Shown piece by piece: positions 33,730 to 40,000 of a stretch of 40,000 bases of DNA. Below the pieces are notes generated by a model. It had not been told where the DNA came from. It searched no databases and saw nothing but the letters and a program-made list of their open reading frames with translations. Origin of the DNA: Bacillus sp. 28A-2 (GTDB taxonomy: Bacteria > Bacillota > Bacilli > Bacillales > Bacillaceae); the NCBI RefSeq assembly GCF_014764715.1, contig NZ_JACXXE010000012.1, positions 18,248 through 58,247 on the forward strand. The letters run 5' to 3'. A program made the position numbers and the translations under genes. Within the stretch, counting starts at the first letter, position 1, and each line of letters begins with the position of its first letter.

Positions 33730-34379
33730 AGTTTTTCTTCTCCTTGAACATAACGACTTTTCGCATGGTACAAGTACCCCTCTTCATCTTCATGATTCCA
33801 ACCGTTTTTCATATCAGCAGGCATGATTTTCACCTTTGTTTCACAGTTGTCACATGCGGTATATCTAAAGCCCTTGTAAACCTGCTTGTCCTCTTTCAAT
33901 CCACACTCAGGACATTGAAACTTAGTCTTACATTTCACGCGGTCAGGTTCTGAATCTTCCTTTTGAACTAGAGCTATGCTTTTGACTTGATCCATCACGC
34001 TCATGTGTTCCCCGATGCTCGCATTCAAAGTCCGTTCATTATTCAAAAGATCAACTGATCTTGATCTCTTTGGTTCTGTTGCTTTTGTAGGAGCAGGAGT
34101 AGCTTTCTTTTCATCCTTTGATTTAGAAACATCTTGGTTTTCTTGAAACCGTTTGATTTGACTGGTCACGATATCGGTATGAATTGGTTCTTCCGTCCTT
34201 TTCACAGAGGGCGGAGCGACTCGTCCAACACTTTGACTTGCATTGATATTTAGTGGTCCTCCATGCATGTATGCAGCCAATTGAATGATCAGACGATTAC
34301 AATCTGCAGCTTTGTAATTATCTGCTTCAAAGTTCACTTCTTTACCCGTAGTGCTGTCTTTGATTTGTAATTTAATCAC
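33726..34379 (-). CDS. Phage protein with a C-terminal zinc ribbon, unknown function
   Basis: 217-aa ORF with a GTG start 5 nt after GGAGGAA. It contains CPECG...CDNC. Confidence 0.5.
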   Translation of the reverse strand: MIKLQIKDSTTGKEVNFEADNYKAADCNRLIIQLAAYMHGGPLNINASQSVGRVAPPSVKRTEEPIHTDIVTSQIKRFQENQDVSKSKDEKKATPAPTKATEPKRSRSVDLLNNERTLNASIGEHMSVMDQVKSIALVQKEDSEPDRVKCKTKFQCPECGLKEDKQVYKGFRYTACDNCETKVKIMPADMKNGWNHEDEEGYLYHAKSRYVQGEEKL

Positions 34380-34576
34380 TCTGCTTCCTCCTCAATCTCC
34401 ATCCTGGCATTGTAAGTTTCAATATCGTTCCCCCGCTCACATTTGGCTGTAATGACTAGCATTTCGATCTCATAGAGCGTTTTTTTTGCGAGACTTTCAA
34501 TCTCATTTGGTTTATATCCAATGCGCTTCAGTTCATTGAGAAGGAACTGTTTGCGCTGATTGCTATTGATTGACAT
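34376..34576 (-). CDS. Small phage protein, unknown function
   Basis: 66 aa from ATG 34576, 5 nt after AGAGGAA (MSINSNQRKQ...). Confidence 0.4.
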   Translation of the reverse strand: MSINSNQRKQFLLNELKRIGYKPNEIESLAKKTLYEIEMLVITAKCERGNDIETYNARMEIEEEAE

Positions 34577-34590
34577 GTTCATTCCTCTTT

Positions 34591-35883
34591 TCACATCGCG
34601 GCTTCCATTTGCCGCGATAGATTTACAAACTTCCCGTACTCTTTCACGAATACTGCGTTTATTGTTCCTGTTGATCCATTCCGTTGTTTTGCAAAAATGA
34701 TTTCTACAATGTTTTTAGTTTCGCTTTTTTTGTTGTAGTAATCATCTCGATAAAGGAAGGTTACAATATCGGCATCCTGCTCGATACTTCCTGAATCTCG
34801 CAGATCAGACATCATAGGTCGTTTATCATTTCGATTTTCTACGCTGCGAGAAAGCTGGGATAACAAGATGATCGGAACGTTGAAACTTCTAGCCATATTT
34901 TTAAGTTCTCTCGTGATCTCACCAACCTCATGGTTTTTGCTCTCAGCTTTACCAATCGGCGTGATAAGCTGAAGATAATCAATGATGACTAAATGATCTT
35001 GATCAGGATGATCTTTCTTTGTCTTACGGATTTTAGAGCGAATGTCTGCGACGGTTTGAGTGGGGTGATCATGAATATAAATGTCTAATTTTTCGTATTC
35101 ACCCATAGCTTTGTTGGCTCTCTCATAATCATCCTCACTAAAATATTTCCTTGGATTCCTCCACTTTGTCCCTTCAATACTCCCTACGCTGCTTAACATA
35201 CGGTGAGTCAATTGTGTATCTGACATTTCTAGTGAAAATATGTCGGTTACTCCACCATTTTGCGCGTTATTATAACCAAGGTTGAGAGCGAATGCTGTTT
35301 TCCCCATCGATGGACGAGCAGCTACGATAATCAAATCGCTTTTTTGCCAACCACCTGTCATAGCGTTCAGGTCCGCAAGACCAGTGTCGACTCCTGTAAG
35401 ATCACCATGATCTTCTTCCATGCTCATGAAAATCTCGGTTAATACATCCATTTTCGTGCGAGTCTCTTTTACACCAACCTCTTGGGCTTCAATTGTTTTT
35501 TGATAAAGCTCAGTGATGCCCTCATCAGTAGGAGAACTGGCAAATGCTAAAGCAGCACTTTGCACATCTCTAAGTCTAAAAGCCTCGTAAATTAATGTTT
35601 CATAGGTCTCGAAAGCATGTTTTGAGGGAACAGTACTTGCAAGATTTGTTAAGTATTCAAAGCCTCCAACTGCATTTAAAGTGTCACCCATAGATGCAGC
35701 GATATTGGCCAATTCAACAGGCTTACCTAGCTTGTCCACTTCCCTCATCGCTTCAAAAATTTGCTTGTGACGCTCTTCAGCAAAATGCTTAGACTCTAGG
35801 GCTGTTTCCTTGATTAGATCGCCTTCAAGGATGATACAGCCGAGCAAAAACTGTTCAGCTTCGCTGTTTCGCAAATTTTGCAT
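34591..35883 (-). CDS. dnaB: Replicative DNA helicase (DnaB family, SPP1 G40P-like)
   Basis: 430-aa ORF with the N-terminal AEQFLLGCIIL motif, Walker A ARPSMGKTAFAL and a Walker B IIDYLQL. Confidence 0.9.
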   Translation of the reverse strand: MQNLRNSEAEQFLLGCIILEGDLIKETALESKHFAEERHKQIFEAMREVDKLGKPVELANIAASMGDTLNAVGGFEYLTNLASTVPSKHAFETYETLIYEAFRLRDVQSAALAFASSPTDEGITELYQKTIEAQEVGVKETRTKMDVLTEIFMSMEEDHGDLTGVDTGLADLNAMTGGWQKSDLIIVAARPSMGKTAFALNLGYNNAQNGGVTDIFSLEMSDTQLTHRMLSSVGSIEGTKWRNPRKYFSEDDYERANKAMGEYEKLDIYIHDHPTQTVADIRSKIRKTKKDHPDQDHLVIIDYLQLITPIGKAESKNHEVGEITRELKNMARSFNVPIILLSQLSRSVENRNDKRPMMSDLRDSGSIEQDADIVTFLYRDDYYNKKSETKNIVEIIFAKQRNGSTGTINAVFVKEYGKFVNLSRQMEAAM

Positions 35884-36142
35884 GTTTTTCCCACTCTTTC
35901 TGCTGTTCTATGAAGTCGTTTGATTCTGGTTGATGTACTTGTATCTCCGCAATAGCAGGAGGGAAACGTTTTTCAGCAATGTGCTGATCGATCTTTTTTA
36001 AAACAGGTTCATATGGTAGTGCAGTTAGATGCTCTAGCCAAAGCCTGATTCTTTCTTTTCCAACGGTGTCAGTAGTAAGTTCAAATCTCGGATACGCAGC
36101 TGCTATCCTGGTTAAGATACTCATCGCTTGTTCTTCAGTCAT
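35855..36142 (-). CDS. Helicase loader/inhibitor (SPP1 G39P-like)
   Basis: About 95 aa from ATG 36142. ILTRIAAAYPRFELT...RLWLEHL...FPPAIAEI fits the G39P family (recall). It lies directly upstream of dnaB. Confidence 0.6.
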   Translation of the reverse strand: MTEEQAMSILTRIAAAYPRFELTTDTVGKERIRLWLEHLTALPYEPVLKKIDQHIAEKRFPPAIAEIQVHQPESNDFIEQQKEWEKHAKFAKQRS

Positions 36143-36147
36143 GCTAA

Positions 36148-36984
36148 TCATCCTCCTCCAAATTTAATGCCTTTTTCTTTGGCATAAGCCTCTAATGCTG
36201 ATAAGTTGTCTTGTTGTTTTTTAGGTTTAAATTCAGATATGTTACTAGGTTGATTGTTTTTGGCATGCCATCGATCAAGAATGCCCTTCTCCAGGTATGA
36301 AAACGATTTGATGCCATCCGCTCTATGTCTTGGTCGGTATTGATCGAATATCTCGTCGATCCATTTCATTATGTCTTCAAGGGGTATCTGTTCCTGAATG
36401 ATCCTATCAATCGCCTGTGCATCATTAGGAGAGATCATCAATCCTCCACCTCTTCGTGATAGATACTTGTCTTCGATTTGTTGGAAAGGAGAATCATTTC
36501 CTCTTGGCGCTCTCTCTTCTTCCTCTTCATATACATTCTTTACATTCTTAACATTCTTGTTTGTGATCATTTGATGTTCAATTGATGATCTTTTGATGTT
36601 CATTTGATGTTCATTTTGGTGATCAACTTCGTTGTTTTCTTGTTGGTAAAGCGCCCATTTATTAATGGTTACAACAGAAAATTTGTTGCTCTTTTTGATG
36701 CTCAGAAAATTCATTTCCTCTAATTTTTCAAGCCACCGATACACTGTAACTTTTCCAGTTACTTGATCACTTTTCCTAAGCCCTTTGTTAAACATTTCAG
36801 CAATATCGTACCTGCCAGTCACAAATTGACCAGGCTCTAATTCCACCACCTGATTACCTATCATCTGCTGATGATGTTTATGGCTCGCTTCAGTAAGACA
36901 GATGAGCCAAAGCCTAAGCAGGTTAGGATTATTGAATACTGGATTTTCACGTAATTTTCGATGTAATTTGATCCACCCTCGCAA
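36148..36984 (-). CDS. Replisome organizer / replication initiator (G38P-like)
   Basis: About 278 aa from TTG 36984, 6 nt after AAGGAGGAAG. The N-terminus is (M)RGWIKLHRKLRENPVFNNPNLLRLWLICL. Internal iterons are present. It is followed by the loader and helicase genes. Confidence 0.6.
   Translation of the reverse strand: MRGWIKLHRKLRENPVFNNPNLLRLWLICLTEASHKHHQQMIGNQVVELEPGQFVTGRYDIAEMFNKGLRKSDQVTGKVTVYRWLEKLEEMNFLSIKKSNKFSVVTINKWALYQQENNEVDHQNEHQMNIKRSSIEHQMITNKNVKNVKNVYEEEEERAPRGNDSPFQQIEDKYLSRRGGGLMISPNDAQAIDRIIQEQIPLEDIMKWIDEIFDQYRPRHRADGIKSFSYLEKGILDRWHAKNNQPSNISEFKPKKQQDNLSALEAYAKEKGIKFGGG
36533..36625. repeat. Iteron cluster inside the organizer gene: 9-bp x3 (ACATTCTTW) plus about five 11-bp repeats (TTGATGTTCAW)
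   Basis: ACATTCTT starts at 36533, 36542 and 36551. TTGATGTTCA occurs at 36571, 36593 and 36604, with degenerate copies at 36582 and about 36616. Confidence 0.85.
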
Positions 36985-37003
36985 ATGACTTCCTCCTTCC
37001 CAA

Positions 37004-37183
37004 CTATTTGAGTCTACAAATAGCGTATTTACCTTCAATTTTTACTACTTCGAGATGCGGTTCATACTTGGCCATATATGTCCTGATATACATAACCAAT
37101 ACCTTTTTCCGCATCTCCGGAGCAGTCGATCTAGCCAAAGTAATAAAACAATAGGGATAAGCTGTTTTAATAAGCTCGTTCAT
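37004..37183 (-). CDS. 59-aa small protein, unknown function
   Basis: Hand translation gives MNELIKTAYPYCFITLARSTAPEMRKKVLVMYIRTYMAKYEPHLEVVKIEGKYAICRLK. An ATGA overlap couples it to the MBL stop. It is just under the track cutoff. Confidence 0.4.
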   Translation of the reverse strand: MNELIKTAYPYCFITLARSTAPEMRKKVLVMYIRTYMAKYEPHLEVVKIEGKYAICRLK

Positions 37184-37884
37184 TTCGGAACATAGACAAC
37201 CTTTCCTGTTTGTTTTGCTATTTCTCGTTTGAATAGTTGCTCATCACTGTTTGTGTCAGATAAGTGCAATAACCATATTTCCTGCACTTTTGACAAGTCG
37301 TTTGCAGCTAGGAATGTCTTTACATTCTCAAGGCTAAAATGCGACTGTATGAGCCGATTACGCATGCTTTTATGGATGCTCCCGTTTTCAATATTCGCAT
37401 CCAAAATGGACTCTGCGTAATTGCACTCAATCATGATGTGCGTGAGTCCAGGAAACTTATATTTGATGTAATAGGTGTCAGTGGCAAAGAGCAGCTTGTC
37501 TCCGTCCTCATTAGCCAATAGAAAGCCATACGGCTCTGATACGTCGTGTTGAACATCAAAGGGCATAATAAGCCACGTGCCGATCCTAAACGTCTGTCGG
37601 GCTTTTACAAGATTGATTCTGTGATGATTTTCGACTCCAAGAGCTTTTGCCGTTCCATGAGACATATAACAATCGATTCCCGCACGTAGGACATCTTTTA
37701 AAGCCTTGCAATGATCACCATGCTCATGAGTGATGAGGCAACCAGAGAAGCTCATATTGAAATCAAAAGCACGTTGCATCTCCTTAAAGGTGATACCGCA
37801 CTCCAAAAGGAGCGGGGTTTTACCATCAGTCACCCGATAGCAATTCCCCTTACTGCTTGACGAGACAGCGTTTATTTCAATCAA
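37180..37884 (-). CDS. MBL-fold metallo-hydrolase
   Basis: 234-aa ORF with the HEHGDH motif. It sits next to RecT, a common phage pairing. Confidence 0.8.
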   Translation of the reverse strand: MIEINAVSSSSKGNCYRVTDGKTPLLLECGITFKEMQRAFDFNMSFSGCLITHEHGDHCKALKDVLRAGIDCYMSHGTAKALGVENHHRINLVKARQTFRIGTWLIMPFDVQHDVSEPYGFLLANEDGDKLLFATDTYYIKYKFPGLTHIMIECNYAESILDANIENGSIHKSMRNRLIQSHFSLENVKTFLAANDLSKVQEIWLLHLSDTNSDEQLFKREIAKQTGKVVYVPK

Positions 37885-38627
37885 AATGGTGGTTCCTCGC
37901 TTAAAGCTGAAGGTTTTGACTCAGATGGCTGCTGCTTCTCTTCTGGCTCCTTTATCGGCTCTTCTGGAACGGTATAATCCATATCAATAGTTTCTGAATT
38001 TGCATTTTCATTTACTTCACGAGCAACTGTTTCAGTTGTGTCCGGTGTTTGTGTTTCTTCGTCCGTATACATGTTTCCAAGAGAATTAGGAAAGGCTTCC
38101 CTTAAAGCATTAACAATGGCTGTTTTGCGGATCATGTTCATCGGCATCGTTTTCCAAGTTGATTGACCTTTGCTGAACTCATCAAAACTAATCCGAACAG
38201 GTGTAGGTGTTTCACGATCTTTTCGATAAACGGTAGCCCATCCACCTAACAATTTGTCATTTGGTAGTTTGATAGCACCTTCTATATCCACCATTTCGCC
38301 GTCCCGTTCAACAATAATTCCTGCACGTATTCCGGCGAATTCCTCTTTGTTTTCAGCACGCTTCATAAATGCTTCTTTTCCAACAATAATTTGTGCTGGC
38401 GATCCCTTAAATTTCACCAGATATGCCTCATTCAAAAATGGATTGAGTTTCTGGTATTTGCAGAGGTTGATAAACATGACCACTTCTTGATCCGTTACAT
38501 CTGCATTACCGCGTACTAAATAGGTTTTCACCGTATTCCCTGTAAGTTTTACCTCTTCTCCATTCACAGCAAATACTGAAGGTTTCTCCATCAATTTTGT
38601 GTTTGGATTTGATTGTTGATTACTCAT
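37881..38627 (-). CDS. recT: RecT/Bet-family single-strand annealing recombinase
   Basis: 248 aa from ATG 38627, 5 nt after GAGGAGGA. FINLCKYQKLNPFLNEAYLVKF is characteristic of RecT (recall). Confidence 0.8.
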   Translation of the reverse strand: MSNQQSNPNTKLMEKPSVFAVNGEEVKLTGNTVKTYLVRGNADVTDQEVVMFINLCKYQKLNPFLNEAYLVKFKGSPAQIIVGKEAFMKRAENKEEFAGIRAGIIVERDGEMVDIEGAIKLPNDKLLGGWATVYRKDRETPTPVRISFDEFSKGQSTWKTMPMNMIRKTAIVNALREAFPNSLGNMYTDEETQTPDTTETVAREVNENANSETIDMDYTVPEEPIKEPEEKQQPSESKPSALSEEPPF

Positions 38628-38847
38628 CCGTATCCTCCTCATATATAAATCTGACCTTTTTGCCTTTATGCTCTCTTAGAAAGGTCTCTAGCAATTCTGC
38701 AAAATCCGATGGACCTTTTAGGTCTCTTTCCAAAATTGCATCTTCAGGACATTCAGAGAGTGGACGAACGTCCATGACCTGTTTATCATCAATCAGAAGT
38801 TTTTCACGTCTACAATCTTCCCAACCTAAACCCGATAGAACTTTCAC
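38620..38847 (-). CDS. Small acidic phage protein, unknown function
   Basis: 75-aa ORF with a GTG start after GTGGGG. It overlaps the recT start by 8 nt. Confidence 0.4.
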   Translation of the reverse strand: MKVLSGLGWEDCRREKLLIDDKQVMDVRPLSECPEDAILERDLKGPSDFAELLETFLREHKGKKVRFIYEEDTDE

Positions 38848-38863
38848 CTCTACCCCACTTCAC

Positions 38864-40000
38864 TCATGCGATCACCTCACAATCTACAGTCAGTAAGTTG
38901 TCATCAGTTTTAACTCGCAGCTGCTTGTCCTTCTCGGATACTATCAAGCTAATAACTTGAGCATTCACATCGATTAGATTCGTGACCGCCTCGCTGTTAT
39001 CAACGAAGATCGGCGCAGAAATACCATAATGCTCATTTAACGTATTAATGATGTCTAAACCGACATTAATACGTGCCGCATTGTTCAACCCTTTAGAGTA
39101 AGGCACGCCTTCATAAAGCGTTTCACAGGTTTCTGTTAAACCGCCGTTGACTTGCTCTTCAAAGAGCTTGAAGCGGGCAAATTTGAATTTGCTGTTTATC
39201 TGTTCTTCCATAAGGTTCATCTTGGTTCTGATGAACTCTTCAATAAGAAATGACTGCTGTTCTACCTCGTTATATTCATCAGCCATTTTTCGTTCTTCTT
39301 CCTTCAGCTCATCAATTCGATTGAGAGCCTTTTGAGCTTGATCGATGCGAGAAAGATCATTGCGGATCAAGGTCATTTCCTGCTGCTTCTCCTTGATCTG
39401 TTCATTAATGGCTTGCACAGTTCCACTTGTCTCCTGCTCATCTGACTGGATCTCGTTTTTGATTTTTTCGATCTCCTCGACCTTTTCTATATATGTTGGA
39501 TTATTGGAGAGCGGAGCAATGGATGCTTCAGCTTTCTCCATATCTTCTTTCAGTTTTTCTAAATTTGAAGCCTTAAATTTCTCTTCCAAATTCAACTTTT
39601 GAATTTGCTCATCAACTTCATACAACTCATTTTGCTTTTTGTCATATTCAATTCCTAATTGTTTCCCCTTATCGGCTATACGCTCAAGAGAATCACTTTT
39701 TTGTAAATTGAATTTCTCAATAGCAGCTTGAATTTTTTCTTCCGGCAATGCTTGTCCACATGTTGGACAATCTGTTTGATGATCCTCAAACGATTCTTCG
39801 TACTTTTTAGACCATTCTTCTCGTAACTCCAAACGTTCTTTATCTATTTGAGATAAAAAAGATGTTAAGTGCTCTTTCTTCGCGATCAAGTTAATGAGAT
39901 CATTTTGGGTTTGAGTAAGACTGTTTTTCGCTAGGTAGTAGGCTTCTTTTTTCTCATTCACTATCTGAAATCTTTCTGAGTCGTGGTCATTCTTTATTTG
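38864..40000 (-). CDS. Rad50/SbcC-like SMC-type ATPase, C-terminal about 378 aa (N-terminus beyond the right edge)
   Basis: The frame stays open from 39961 to the window edge. Long coiled coils flank a CPTCGQ zinc-hook-like motif. The C-terminal ATPase lobe carries PIFVDNSEA. Confidence 0.6.
   Translation of the reverse strand, partial: QIKNDHDSERFQIVNEKKEAYYLAKNSLTQTQNDLINLIAKKEHLTSFLSQIDKERLELREEWSKKYEESFEDHQTDCPTCGQALPEEKIQAAIEKFNLQKSDSLERIADKGKQLGIEYDKKQNELYEVDEQIQKLNLEEKFKASNLEKLKEDMEKAEASIAPLSNNPTYIEKVEEIEKIKNEIQSDEQETSGTVQAINEQIKEKQQEMTLIRNDLSRIDQAQKALNRIDELKEEERKMADEYNEVEQQSFLIEEFIRTKMNLMEEQINSKFKFARFKLFEEQVNGGLTETCETLYEGVPYSKGLNNAARINVGLDIINTLNEHYGISAPIFVDNSEAVTNLIDVNAQVISLIVSEKDKQLRVKTDDNLLTVDCEVIA

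Larger units (their letters stand above)
1..40000. mobile_element. Interior of a PBSX/skin-like contractile-tailed Bacillus prophage; neither end is in the window
   Basis: Uninterrupted phage modules (recombination, replication, packaging, head, tail, start of lysis) fill the window, nearly all on the minus strand. No bacterial housekeeping genes are present. Confidence 0.9.

Noticed and set aside
1-40000. CRISPR arrays, tRNA/rRNA genes, integrase/att sites, a reverse transcriptase (DGR/retron) or a DNA invertase near the tail fibre
   Set aside because: No spaced direct-repeat arrays are present. No T-loop-like GTTCGAATC or cloverleaf candidates occur in any intergenic gap. No ORF carries recombinase, RT or invertase motifs. 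The prophage ends must lie outside the window.

Overview
The whole window lies inside one Bacillus-type temperate prophage with a contractile tail. Its structural module is PBSX/skin-like (XkdK sheath, XkdM tube, XkdN/O/P/Q/R/S/T/U-type tail and baseplate set). Almost every gene is on the minus strand, so transcription runs from high to low coordinates. In that order the window holds: a recombination module (Rad50/SbcC-like ATPase cut by the right edge, RecT, MBL hydrolase); an SPP1-like replication module (replisome organizer with internal iterons, G39P-like loader, DnaB helicase); RusA; a chain of translationally coupled tiny genes; an AT-rich plus-strand SMR/Qac efflux gene; an ArpU-type late regulator; a Sec-signal HNH-nuclease toxin with SMI1/KNR4 immunity gene; a roughly 450-bp structured non-coding island; stand-alone morons including a CotD-family gene; a methyltransferase cluster (ParB-only, C5-MTase, ParB-N6/N4-MTase); terS/terL; portal; head; tail; tail fibre; XkdW/XkdX; and the start of the lysis cassette (BhlA, cut by the left edge). 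I saw no integrase, repressor, tRNA, rRNA or CRISPR array. The most unusual signals are the few plus-strand elements. (1) A type I toxin-antitoxin cassette (27-aa hydrophobic peptide plus convergent antisense RNA) sits between the tube and chaperone genes. (2) A candidate antisense sRNA of about 110 nt, with a near-consensus sigma-A promoter and a canonical terminator, sits exactly at the junction between the methyltransferase genes and the late operon. (3) The SMR island. The accessory stretch 27.1-31.2 kb also deserves follow-up. All functional calls come from reading motifs and gene order and from recalled family signatures. No database search was run.
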